The notes under the pieces: generated by a model
The model's database searches: none
What the model was told of the DNA's origin: nothing
Seen by the model: only the letters and a program-made list of their open reading frames with translations
DNA from: Octopus vulgaris
Taxonomy: Eukaryota
Direction of reading: 5' to 3'
DNA length: 64,000 nt
Assembly: GCA_951406725.2 (NCBI GenBank)
Contig: OX597830.1
Location: 38,378,001-38,442,000 of the forward strand
Shown here: positions 39,549 through 52,493 of the stretch, in pieces
Layout: the number at the start of each line of letters is the position of its first letter
Numbering within the stretch: the first letter of the stretch is position 1
Position numbers and translations under genes: made by a program

Positions 39549-40337
39549 GATGTATTAGATAGAACTGTTTTATAAAACCCTAGCATATTATTTTAAAATT
39601 GAGTATCGACAATATCCATCATTAAAATTTGTGGGGAAATATCCCTAATTTCTGATTAGTTGTTTCGTCGAAAGATAATAGATATTTTAATTACATAATG
39701 GCGCGCTGCTAGTAGTAAAAGGCTTGTAGATTATAGTGTGTATAGGCCAGCGTATGCACTGTTCTTAATGAGGTACACAATTTGCTTTTATCTGCTCGAG
39801 CCAGCTGCAGTGTTAACTTCTACCAGAATTTCATTTAAATAACATTATATTAGACCCATTTCTTATATTTATCTAATCTAGAACGCTATCGTGCTAATAT
39901 CACATAAAATGTTAATGTTACTGAGTGTATTTAATTCACTAATGATCACCATCAAATTTTCTCTTTAGATTTATTTTTTTCACAAATTTCGTTATCATAC
40001 ACAAAGACTATCTTGTAACCTTTTAACATTTACCGCTAAAATAATTCACGCACACTCTGGATCAAAGCAGGTAATCAATAAAGATTTTTTTCATGCTCTG
40101 TGTACATATTGACGTATATAAATCCGCTTCCCATCTACACATATAAATCTTTAGCTATAAAGTAACAGTCTGTAATGATTAGCTTTAAAGCTATATTTAT
40201 ATAGCACTGAGATCCGCCTTAAGTGTATTTGGCTAACTACAAATTTTCTACGCCTCTGATGAGTAAGTTTGCTTTGGTGTATCTTATGTATTTGTCTCTG
40301 CATTTTAAGTTAATTTGCAAACAACATTGGTTTATAA

Positions 40338-40634
40338 GCGTCCTTATCTAATACAAAAGATTATATCACTAAATCATTAGAAAACAAGAATGAGGACGAT
40401 GCTGCGTTCACAATTGCAAGTATCACACGGGAATGCATTACTTTAAAGGATTTTCCAAATGAAACTGCGTCAGTTCCACCGAAATTGGATTGGAAAGGCA
40501 GAGCAGCAACATGTGGAGACACACTGCCGGACACATGCAACTCATTACGCGCGCCTCTTATGGAACAGTTCTTGGATATCCGTCCACGACACAAAACTTT
40601 TGCTTCCTCAGTAAATATCTGTCATCATTCGTGA
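40338..40634 (+). CDS. Candidate internal coding exon of an unidentified gene
   Basis: 98 stop-free codons with visibly higher GC (…SLENKNEDDAAFTIASITRECITLKDFPNETASVPPKLDWKGRAATCGDTLPDTCNSLRAPLMEQFLDIRPRHKTFASS…). Possible acceptors TTTATAAG|40339 or CATTAG|40381 and donor TCA|GTAAAT at 40611. Confidence 0.4.
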   Translation, partial: ASLSNTKDYITKSLENKNEDDAAFTIASITRECITLKDFPNETASVPPKLDWKGRAATCGDTLPDTCNSLRAPLMEQFLDIRPRHKTFASSVNICHHS

Positions 40635-41389
40635 CTAAAATATCCCTCTGAGCTCAGTCTCTCGTCTCTAGGTCTGCCTCACACCCACCGAAAACATATC
40701 TGGAGGGATTCTAACAGCTAAAAGAAATGTTACATAACCACTGACAAACTATATCTGTAAAAGACATGTATGTTTTCAGCCTTGATGTACGTCCCGTATA
40801 TAAAAAATGTACAACATGTAGAAGTCAATCACTCAACCCTAGCACACGGAAAGGGAACAGAACTGCAGATCTATCCAGGAGCTCTAGAGTCAGTACTTTT
40901 TTGTCTACTTCAAAAGTATAGTATAGTATATATTCAGTAACTTCATAAGGGAACCACCGATAGCGTGGAACCACCAAAACAAGGAACCTGGAGAGTAGTC
41001 CACTGCTCTCATAGAACAATATATTCTATAAAACGAGATCTAGACAAAACATCAAATGTTATATTGAATATCGAACAGTGATTAGTTTCATATATGTTGT
41101 TCCTAGTTTCATATATGTTATATATATTATTAGTTTCATATATGTTTGATACAAGCGCATTTCTGTCACACATAGACGAATACCTTTCCTCACCCAAACT
41201 GAGATTTTGGGAAAAAACCCAAAATATGAAGTAATTTTCTAAGTAGATTATAACTGAAATCGGAATAACAAAGCTTATCTTATACCTTTTGCTCGTTTCA
41301 GTAATTAGACTTCGGACATACTTGACCGAATCGACCTTAGTACATTTAAAAAAATCTGGTACGTATTCTATCTGGTTGTATGCCGAACC

Positions 41390-43592
41390 ACTACATATGA
41401 TAGCAAGAATTACTTTTGTAAAACAAGAGCAATACTCTTTACAACTTTATAGAATATCTGATACATATGGTGAGATAAGTTTTAATTAATTAACAGTAAA
41501 AGACATTAATGTGTATTTAATGCCTAAATACATAAAGCCAATGAAATTGAAGAGCTTTTCTGATTGCATTGAAACAGGATTAAACTCGTATTCACAAACT
41601 ATTTTCTTTGTGTTTGAACATATCACAAGAATTATATTTTGAAAAAATATATTTATAAGTGTTTCAAATATCATTAACACAATTAACACTTCGTGGCTGC
41701 TTCAAGCGATAATGTTGCTGAATATGGCAAAACCTACATAAATATGACAAAAAAATACACCTTATGCGAAAAGCAGTTTCAGTACAAATTAATGTTTTGC
41801 GGGATTAAAGCGAGCTAACATATCAAGAGAAGGGAGACGAATATAATAATGATGGTAAAAGGGTGTGAGATATCGCTTGCAAAAGAGAATGAGAAGCGGA
41901 GATAAGATAATTAAGAAATATGTGAGTAAATGAAATATTCTCAAACATAAATGCACGATGCATGCTTTTGATCAGGTAAAGGCATTGTCCCTTGTAGTTA
42001 GAAGCATCTGCATGTATCTACTGCCTCATATTTGTGGTTATAATTAGTGCCGTTGGTTATAGGCGGGTATTAAATGAAAGCACGTGATTGGTTTCTCTGC
42101 ATTTAAAGGTAGTTATATATGTAGAGAAACTAATCTTCATATAAACTTGCTTTGCGGTTTTTTTTAATTGGAATATCCGTCTACTATAAATTACATCACA
42201 TTGAAAATATACATTCTTTCCACAGCGCTGTATTTACAAAACTGGTATGGTAATGAATATAACAGTAAATTGGTGCTTTCAAAATAAGTCCTTTGTGATA
42301 TTTTTTCCACCCGCACTGCATAAATTGCATAACACTGTATTCTGTGCTATTCCTCCCAGTATATATCTTTTTTAAAATAGTTATTTAAGTGTTGAAAGTG
42401 GAAAACTATGGTTTCAGAAATGTGATATCAAATTTTGTAAAAAATCATTTTCCGGACTTTTTGTCGTTATGTTATGAAAATTATTATGATTATCATATTG
42501 ACACTTGTTTTTAATACTTTAGAACTTATAGAATCCATACTAAGAACATTAGAGTTTTAAAAATATATGGATCATATAGTAATACGAATCCCAGACTTAG
42601 TTTCAAATGTGTTGGTTATGTTGTTGCTTTAGAAGTGACTCTTGATGGATAGATTTGAACTATGCGCTGTCTAAGACAATGTTCCTTGCAATCTCCTACT
42701 TAATTTCATCCTGGAATATATCGAGAAACAGCTGAAAGATCTAGATGAATGCAAGTTACTCAAAAATATTAAGCATGCAAATGTTATACACCGAATATAC
42801 CTAGTAAACAATATGAACCTTCAACATGAAAATAAATATCGCGAGTTGCAAGTATAAATGCAGGTGTAAATAAGAACAATCTACAGAACTTGGGCGGTTT
42901 AACATTTAAGGTGCCATAAGTTATAAAATGGTTAATATAAATATCATGCATACCAAATCCGACAACAGGGGAATATGGACGCACAACTTACTTTTCAGCA
43001 ATTAAACACCTCTATTCTTCCAAATACTGGCTACTCTTTGTAAATTTGATACTGAGGCCTAAAATATGTGCAAACTAGAAATATCGGTAACATGGTGCTA
43101 CAATGGTTAATGCAGAGAATAAAGACTTATAGAGAGAATAAAGACTGTCATACTGCCAAATATGTTTATGATGATTTTTCTGTATACATAGCTTTCATTT
43201 CGTCGCCAATAAAATGAAAATAAAAGTATATTGGATACATATGACTTCGATTTAATCAAAATGCCACCCAGCAAAAATCGAAAAGTACACAAAACTAGGA
43301 TGTAATATAAATTTTTCTATTAAGCTGTTTGAACGAGAACTATATACATAAACGACAATAACAATACAGAAGTGAAGAAATTGTTTTCCGCTGTCATAAT
43401 AAATTTGTAAAATTCATAATTTTTAGCGCGCACGTCCGATATATAATTACGAATCAGAGGTGTATGTATATTCCTAAATCTAATGTGTTTTTCCACGACC
43501 TTGTATAACTACGTATAACATAAGTTCCTATAACTATATGTATATATATATGTATAGATAGATATATAGATATATATATATGCATATATACA

Positions 43593-43681
<89 letters not shown>

Positions 43682-43775
43682 ACATACGTACATATAGTGA
43701 ATATTGAGGGATTATCAATCTGCTGTAGACACACAGGGTTAACAATATTATTTATATTAGTGAATATATACATAC

Positions 43776-43814
<39 letters not shown>

Positions 43815-45340
43815 TTCTGTGTAAGTATGTATCAGATATTTGTGTTGCGGAGATGTTATTCATTTATTTTTTTTCAATTACAGATTCTTATCTATATCGT
43901 AGTACTTGCGATGAGACCCAATTTTGTATGTTGCAAAAAGAAAAAGAACGATACGAAAAAAACTACCACATCTATTTTTCGAAGATCAAGATATGACATG
44001 TTCAGCTTAATTGCAGAACCTAATTATTGAAAGAAAGTTGATTGTGCGATATGATGTGTTATATCGAGTAGGTAGCCATTTTTTATACAGCTCCACGCAA
44101 TATCTATAGTTTCGAGTGTTCTTTTGAGGAAGGTACATATATATTAAAATTATATACATAGTAATATAATGGAAATGGTATTTTAAAATAAGTATTAAAG
44201 TGTGTCTACAGTTACAAGTTTAATTGCTGTTGATGTAATTTTAATAATTTTGTTCTCTACCGTGGGATGTCAAAGCTACACCACGAATAAGATGTTTGGA
44301 TTTATAAACGTACATGAATACTTATATTTGCGCACACGCACACACACACAAACGTTTAGATACATATACATATATACATATTTATATATATATATATATA
44401 TACATACATATATATATATACATAAATATATACACACATACACACACACACACACACATACACATATATATATATATATATTTAATGCCGCTGCATGCTG
44501 AGAAACAATTTGACCCGAAATCACAGTCAAAATACAGTCGGAATAGGGTTTGGTGCAATCCCAGATTCAGAGTCGGTGGGTGACTTTTGATTCCACATGA
44601 GTAATGATGTAACTTTCTAGGTATGTATTATTAAGTTCGCTAGTCAGAGTAGGCGAGGAGCTGGGAGGGTTATGAGAATATTCAGAAGAAAAAGGGATTC
44701 CATGCTACTACTAGGAAGGTATTTGTCCACAATGGCCTTGATTAATGCTTCCAAATCAACATAAAGAAAATTTTCTCAGATAAGCGACTAGGGGCAGCTC
44801 GAAAAGCTGAGGCTCTACTCTCATGAGAGAAGACGTGAAAGATAGACAAATGTATATAGATATGTGCGTGTGTGTACAATGTATTTGTGTGTGTGTTTGT
44901 GAGTATGTGTGTATTTGTGTATTTTTGCATGTGTTTATTAGATATTAGAATGTCTACCTCCAAAGTTTCGAAGTGATAGCCATTTCAACAAACGAACTAG
45001 ATACCACTACGTAGTAGCAGAGATCCCTTCCTCACCATATAAATTAAGGACCCAATTATGTAACCGATTAGGTTGTAAACGTCCACAATATTTCAATACC
45101 ATGCCTAACAAAATCACGCATCTGCGAGTTGTAGATGTGAATATTTTCAGAGACTGTAGAAATATTTATCTTAGAGAGCAGATGAGTAACATTTGCGGTA
45201 GAAAACAAAAAGAGGAGCAGCCCTGTCCAACTCTCCACTTCAGCAGAAACATTTCCGGAGGGAAAGCTAGAAGTGGAAGTGATAAAGAGGACAATCAATA
45301 CAAAGACATTGCACATTAGATCTTCATACACAAACACACA
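41390..45340 (+). pseudogene. Decayed LRR-coding tract (segment 10), includes an LRRCT-like cap
   Basis: ANEIEEL (~41537), SLTQLTLRGC (~41672), KLVLSK* (~42267), NNLQNLGGLTF (~42875), AIKHLYSSK (~42999), LQWLMQRIK...DCHTAK (~43098) and NKITHLRVVDVNIFRDCRNIYL (ORF 45101). Interrupted by microsatellites and repeats. Confidence 0.65.
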
Positions 45341-45939
45341 TACACAATCATCCTATTTTTCACATTGATTGAACGTGTAATGTAAAGCGGTGGTGCCATG
45401 CAAAAAACAATTGTCCTACTTGATAACCTCAGTGACGACAAAACCACCGTGCATCTATGCGAGATCTAATTAAGGCCATATATACACATGAGTCACCCAC
45501 ATTGCGTGTCTCTTCATTGTTTGGGATGCACATCATGTTCACTGATTGGTAGAATTTAAGATCATTTTTTATTTATCACAGATATTTAGTACAATACTAG
45601 TTAGTCGCTATTGTTATCGACGACCGGGCAACGCTGCAGCGCATTGTTTATTTTCTCAACTTGTTTCTTTCAGTGTTCCTTTTAGTGGAAGGCTCGAAAC
45701 GTTAAATATATTTTCACTTCCTGAGCGTTAAACTAATACAGATGTTTGTTGTCTACACCATCTGTCTTTGTCTTTTTTTTTGTGAATTCTCTCCCATATA
45801 TATATATATATATATATATATACCGGAGTAAACACATAAATGTGAAACAAGGTGGAAAAAAGAGTACTCAAATACCAGTGGTAGAGTAATATGCTTTATT
45901 TTAAGCAGCAGAAAATTCAACACTGCTGCTTAAAATAAA

Positions 45940-45969
<30 letters not shown>

Positions 45970-45971
<2 letters not shown>

Positions 45972-46396
45972 CTCTTTTAAAACTCTTTTACTTGGTTCAG
46001 TCATTTGACTGCGGCCATGCTGGAGCACCGCCTTTAGTCGAGCAAATCGACCCCGGGACTTATTCTTTGTAAGCCCAGTACTTATTATATCGGTCTCTTT
46101 TGCCGAACCGCTAAGTGACGGGGACGTAAACACACCAGCATCGGTTGTCAAGCAATGCTAGAGGGACAAACACAGACACACAAACACATATACACATATA
46201 TATATATATATGTATATATGTATACATATATACGACAGGCTTCTTTCAGTTTCCGTCTACCAAATCCACTCACAAGGCATTGGTCGGCCCGGGGCTATAG
46301 CAGAAGACACTTGCCTAAGATGCCACGCAGTGGGACTGAACCCGGAACCATGTGGTTGGTTAGCAAGCTACTTACCACACAGCCGCTCCTGCGCCT
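45970..46396 (-). mobile_element. Family A SINE, full length
   Basis: Reverse copy beginning GGCGCAGGAGCGGCTGTGTGGTAAGTAGC; highly similar to 24912-25332. Confidence 0.9.
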
Positions 46397-46623
46397 ATAT
46401 ATATATGAAATAATACGATGGAATATTATTCCAAACTTATCTTGCACATTACTTAAACATTGGTATATATCTAAGCTTATATTCAATCTTTGTATAAGAT
46501 GTCATTTTTCTACTTGGTATAATTTAATTTTTTCATTATTGAATTGATAAAAGGTGTTTTTTTCTAATATATATATATATGAGATTACACACAGACACAC
46601 AAACACACACACGCATATATATA

Positions 46624-46687
<64 letters not shown>

Positions 46688-46879
46688 ACTTCACTAACAT
46701 AACTGCAAAGACATCACAAAAGTTGTTCCTCAGTGTTTCACTTTCCCGTTCGTCGGACAATCTTCGTTAAGAATGGAAAAATATATCAGCAAAAAATATA
46801 TATACTTTGATAGGTTTCGGTCAGTATTGTCTCATGCCATGTCTAACTTAATAGCACCGCCTGGCGAAGTTATTCAAAT

Positions 46880-47250
46880 CAGGGTTCGTGCAACATCGCC
46901 CACACAAGTAGGAGAGTTAGTGTTTGCGGAAAAATATCTGGGTGTAGGAGGTTTAATCTGGATTTCTTGAAGAAATTTGTCGAAAGACGTCTTGAACTTC
47001 GTGTGGCCTGTTTTTGCTTGAATGCGTTTTGCTGTAATATTAAAGAGAGCGGGAACAACTGAGCTGAAATAATTCTGCCGTGTTGTTGCTATGAGATGCA
47101 AATGTGATTTATGTTCTGGGTGGATAGCACAGGGCCCAAGCCTAGGGTGTATCTTAATGGGGATGCCAACATCTTTTGGGCAAGGCTCATGGAAACTTTT
47201 CCCCATCATGCAGAATATGTAGCACTGACGGCGACTTTGCAGAAAATAAA
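46880..47250 (-). mobile_element. CR1/L2-like LINE 3' fragment
   Basis: HPRLGPCA...[18 protein letters not shown]...[21 protein letters not shown] matches the terminal RT-thumb region of CR1-type LINEs. Confidence 0.75.
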
Positions 47251-47289
47251 TATAATTAAATACATACATATATATATATATACATACAT

Positions 47290-47376
<87 letters not shown>

Positions 47377-47411
47377 CATATATATACACACATATATGTA
47401 TATATATATAT

Positions 47412-47466
<55 letters not shown>

Positions 47467-47879
47467 CATATATACATGTATATACACATACATGCACTGG
47501 CACACAAACACATGCGTGCACACATATACACAAACACACACAGACATTTATAATGTGTATGCATGCAAACATTTTTCTAGACAGATTAATTAATGAAATT
47601 AGCAACACGGTCTCTTGACGAGTAATAAAATATATAAAATTCATATTATATTTTGATTGTTTTATAAAAGCGAACATCAAATACATATATAGGAATGTAT
47701 TATTCATTTATTACTGGTGGTTAACAATAGCTTCTATTAATGGTATTCAGTAAAATTACTCAAAAATCTATTCTTCCAGTCGCGATATTCACAACGCTTC
47801 TACAGAGTCACTAAATATATCTCTTTCTCAAATTTTCTCTTTTGTTTTCTTCTCTTTGCTTTCTTATGTATGAAACATT

Positions 47880-48240
47880 TTCGAGGTGCGTTCAGAAAGT
47901 ATAAAACTTTATTTTTTCCCGCCACAAATTTTGCCGCCTGAACACAATCCATTGATTGGAATGTGATGCCATGTTTTGTGTGCTTGGTCGAAAAGTTTGG
48001 CGCCGGTACGCCGCGTTAGATGACGGCTCGTATGCTTTCTGTGTATACCCGTGGTGCGAACTCAACCGATTTTCATTTTGACCGAACGCATCGAAGAGAC
48101 GGAAATATTGCAACAAATTTACCAAGAAGCTCGCCGATACTCAAGCTTAAGCCATCCAGAATATTCAGCAGGTTTTTAGTGGTGAGGCCATGAACAAACC
48201 ACAGAGCAAGGCGTGTTTCAACGTCTTTACACATGGCCAC
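47880..48240 (+). mobile_element. Mariner-family transposon 5' end (TIR + HTH remnant)
   Basis: CGAGGTGCGTTCAGAAAGT terminus; TERIE../KYCNKFTKKLADTQA*AIQNIQQVFSGEAMNKPQSKACFNVFTHG resembles a mariner transposase N-terminus. Confidence 0.75.
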
Positions 48241-48259
48241 CGGAATACAAAATATAGAT

Positions 48260-48720
48260 TGTCGGCGAAAGTCTCAGACAAGGATGCTGCGGAGCGAGAG
48301 ATGAAACTCCGCACAGAAATCCCTAAGGACTTGCCGGAGTGTGCACACTACAAACCAGACTTCAAGGTGACCATCACCTCTGTTGAAGGGACACGGGTTT
48401 ATATTTACCAGCACTTTCCAGTTCTTCCAGGGGTAGTATCTATAATTACCTACGCCCAAAAAGCACGGCATGTTCGCAGCAATTTGAAGATGTTGTACGT
48501 CATGATTACGCACCACAGGATAAAGCATATCAGTAAGAAAAACTATCTTGATGTTATATGTCACCATCTTGAAGGTGTTTCTCTGAAGCAGACGGATATT
48601 TGTTCTCGAACAATTGGAAAAATCACCGCGATAATTCGCCTGCCTATACTCTCCATATATTGCAAGATTTAGATGACGGCTCGTATGCTTTCTGTGTATA
48701 CGGCAGGTTCGCAGCAAGAA
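48260..48720 (-). mobile_element. RTE-like LINE APE-endonuclease N-terminal fragment
   Basis: FKMVTYNIK...HDVQHLQIA...LGVG...GHLEVWFVV resembles TWNVR/DIxxLQE/GVGF endonuclease motifs. Confidence 0.55.
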
Positions 48721-49097
48721 AACACAGGCTGCCTATTCGACCGCGTGACTCGTGGTCGCTTCTCATTCCGAAAACCAAACTGAATGGGAGTTGATATAAG
48801 TCAGGAACTTTTGAGAAAAGCTAAGGTGGGGGATGTGTGTTTGAATGTGTGTGTGTGTGTGTGTGTGTGTGTCTGTGTGTATGTGTGCGTGTGTGTGTGC
48901 GCGTGTGCGTGTGTGAGTGTGTAAACAGTGGCGAACTGGGTCTAGAAATATTGGTTGTCAGGTGACTAAGATGGCCCTCCTGAAAGTAAAATGCTATCAT
49001 TTAATTTTGGTGGGTTAAACGTTTTCTTTGCAAGTGTCTACAAACACAGCCAGACAGAAATAATTAGTGCATTACTCAAGTAGTGAATAGAAAATTC

Positions 49098-49136
<39 letters not shown>

Positions 49137-49994
49137 TCATATTTATTCATATAATTCTTTATAAATGTACATAGACATATATAGAAATACACATACATAT
49201 CTATATATACATATAACTATATTATTATATCTTCATATATATCCTTGTATACATATGTGTGTGAGTGATTGTCTGTGTGTGTATGTATAAAATATGCCTG
49301 CGTGTTTCTATATGTTTGTGTATGTACGTGTGTTTGTGTGTGCATGTAGATTTCCAGTGATGCTATCTAAGTAACGTTTGCCTCCTTTGTTCTGTAGTTG
49401 GAAATTATATCTATTATTTTTCTAGAGTGGTGAAACAGTTGAATATATAGAATGTCTGACCTGAAATGTTTTAAAGTATATTTCTACATTTTGCTGATGG
49501 ATTCAATTAATATAATTACTGGTTATCTACCGTAAACTATTCAATGAGTACTGCAAATTCATTACAAATAATGCAGCATTTGCCCTGAGCTTCGTCATTC
49601 ACGATATATTACATGGAAGATATATCATACGTATAATAGATTTTCTATATATTCTGATGTATATTATATTTTGTATATTTTTAGGATATTGATACATTCA
49701 TCGTTGCCGACAGAAGTGATTAATATCCTATCGACCCCAGATATATGTAATGTAATATTTAGAATTTCACACATTTTGCATAATTATATATCTTCTGCAA
49801 TAGACGAATTTATAATACAAATAGTTCACATCCTATATACTCATTACGATACTAATCCATTTTCTCTTAAATGCAAATCATATCTGATTTCTAATAAATT
49901 AATCACGTACACCACACACCTGCACACATATACATTTACACATACAGAGAAACGGAACTGGGTCTCTGCCGGTTAAGAGGCGGAGGGTTCTAGT

Positions 49995-50262
49995 TGATAT
50001 GATCAAGGGAAACAGCCCGCTCGTAAAATTAACGTGCTAATGGCTGACCGATCAACTGATGCGAGTACTCTCAAAATAGTTCTGAGGGAGAGTAAGCGAG
50101 ATACAGAATGCGGAAACGTTGACCCACAGAAAAAAGGGTACAATTCATATTTTATAGCTGAGTAATCGGAAAAACGTGAAATAAAGTATCTTGAGCGAGG
50201 ACCAACGTGCCGCCGTGCTGCAACCTTACGATCGGAACACGAATACTTTAACCACTGTGCCA
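49995..50262 (-). mobile_element. Diverged tRNA-derived SINE
   Basis: Reverse head GTGGCACAGTGGTTAAAGTATTCG...CGTAAGGTTGC and a CTCAAGATAC core-like segment. Confidence 0.6.
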
Positions 50263-50276
50263 CCGGGTTTCATTAA

Positions 50277-50314
<38 letters not shown>

Positions 50315-50317
<3 letters not shown>

Positions 50318-50736
50318 CATTTCTAAATACCGCAGAGAGATATAAGAGGCAGTGGTACGATAGAGTAAGTGTATACTGTCAACTTAATGAGACAGTTCCA
50401 TGAAGGGAATCCCACCACTGCTATTTAGCCCCAGGAAACATCAACGCTTCCTGTCGGTCTTGACACATTTTCTGTGTCTTTATGTTTACAAGGGGTAGAC
50501 AAGCACCTACATCCAGCTAAGCCTGCAATCAGAGACTAGTTCCTGAGTCTTTGCTCGTCATCAGTCTGGAGTAGCATGGCCTGCTAGTTGGAGATACTTG
50601 GCCAGCCCTTGTAAACATAAGGACACAGGAAATGTGCCAAGGCCGACAGGAAGCGTTGATCCTTCCTAGAGCTAAATATTAGTGGTGCGATTCCCTTCAT
50701 GGGACTGTCACATTACGTTGACAGTATACAACTATC

Positions 50737-50740
<4 letters not shown>
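50315..50740. mobile_element. Foldback (Penelope-pLTR-like) element with a hammerhead motif in the loop
   Basis: Inverted arms 50370-50494 / 50607-50730, flanked by (TA)n/(TC)n. Confidence 0.7.
50530..50568 (-). ncRNA. Minimal type I hammerhead ribozyme (core mutated)
   Basis: CAGA-CTGATGA-CGAG.CAAAGA.CTCA-GGAA-CTAG-TC-TCTG: stem I CAGA/TCTG, palindromic ACTAGT stem III, GUC triplet, GAAA changed to GGAA. Confidence 0.65.
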
Positions 50741-50800
<60 letters not shown>

Positions 50801-50867
50801 ATATTTATCCAACTATATACCGATTTAGCTCCATATAAATTAACGATACTGGGATTCCAAATGCGCA

Positions 50868-51029
50868 GGCGCAAGCATGGCTGTGTTGTCACTAGCTTGC
50901 TTACCAAACACAAGGTTGCGCGTTCAATCCTACTGCGTGGCAATTTGGGCCGGGGTCTTCTACTATAGCCTCAGGCTTACCAAAGCTTTCTTAGTGAATT
51001 TGGTAGACGGAAACTGAAAGAACCCCGTC

Positions 51030-51087
<58 letters not shown>

Positions 51088-51311
51088 CTGTATGTGTGTG
51101 TTTGTGTGTCTGTGTTTGTCACCCTATTATCACTTGACAATCGATTTTGGTGCGTTTACTTCCCCGTAAATTAGCGGTTCGGCAAATGAAACCGATAGGA
51201 TACGTACTAGGTTCACAAAGAATAAGTTTTGGGGTCGAGGTGTTCGACTAAAGGTGGTGCTCCAGCATGGCCGGTGTCAAATGACTGAATCAAATAAAAG
51301 AATAAAAGAAT
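50868..51311 (+). mobile_element. Family A SINE, full length, diverged
   Basis: Similar to 24912-25332, with internal (TA)n and an AATAAAAG tail. Confidence 0.85.
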
Positions 51312-52384
51312 ATGTACTAGTGCTTATCGTTGGTACTTCGCTGATTAGTAGTACCTTAGACACTTGAAATCCCAGTCGAGCACTATTAACACTATTGAAT
51401 TTTGTACATTTAGAAAAGTTGATCAACAGTTGTTATAGTATTGACTGTTATGAACATTTACACGTGTCAGCATTCAAACTTTTAAACACGTTTTTTTCTA
51501 ATTCATAATTAGAAATTTTACCATTGATAAATTGCTGCTTACTCTGAGGATCAGAGTAAGCTGACGGAAATATTGACAGGCTTCGACGCGATGTTCTTTC
51601 TGCTCATTTGTCAGCATGCAGGGGACACTCTTGGCAGAGACAAACCGCATGGTCAATTCTGACTTCACTCAACACACCGCTTCATTGCTTGCTCTCGTTG
51701 CACACGCAACACTGTGCTGTCATCTGTTGGCGCGCTACAGGACTAGCGCGAAAGCATTTTGAAGCAACCATGTATACGGAATATAAAAATATAGAATAAA
51801 GATGTGGAAATTTAAATTTTAATTCATTAGAACGCTTTTGTGTTTTTTCCATATTGAGATAATTTAACTTTCTTCTAACGATTAACACCTGAAATTATAG
51901 ATTCAACTAAAACACTGCAAGATTGTGCACCAATTTAGAAGCAATCTAGTCACATATTGAGCAAAATAATACAAAGAAAAAAATCTAAAGTCACATGGAA
52001 TAAGCATTCTGAGTAAAAAATAAATACGAGCACATTCAATTGAACCGACTTCCTCCCGTTACAAAGATGCAAGTACATGCAGATAACTAGTTCTATTGTA
52101 TTCGGTTCTTTCAAATGCATTATATCATTCACGTTGGAATTATTTCAATTGTGATCAATGGTGAGTTTCTCTTTTCTTTTTTTCAAATTTCATTTTGTAA
52201 TTTCCTTTTGTATAAGTAGGGCACTCGCACAATATATCATCTCTGAGTGCAAAATAATATACTTTGTGTTTTCTATAAAAGAGTGAACTCATGAGAAAAA
52301 TCCTTCTAGAAAATGTACAAGAAACCCATATACGAAAATAAATAGAAACAATATATACATATAATAATCATGTATGCATGTATG

Positions 52385-52493
<109 letters not shown>

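Noticed and set aside
41081-41148. Three copies of TAGTTTCATATATGTT with short spacers (superficially CRISPR-like); also short duplications at 8398-8460 and 25980-26035
   Set aside because: Eukaryotic context, irregular low-complexity spacers and no cas genes; these are simple local slippage duplications.
42630-42780. CLRQCSLQSP / LLNFILE as a LINE RT motif
   Set aside because: Short and frameshifted with no YADD downstream; equally explained by the surrounding LRR relic.
43454-47707. Long ORFs rich in YI/IY, CV, HT, N or L runs (also 350-730, 18949-19308, 35346-35776, 52368-52682)
   Set aside because: They are translations of (TA)n, (TG)n, (TAA)n and (TATC)n microsatellites, not genes.
51715-51735. 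CTCF-like motifs (also ~46852, ~54250, ~58140)
   Set aside because: Each has mismatches at key positions, such matches are expected by chance, and there are no supporting data.
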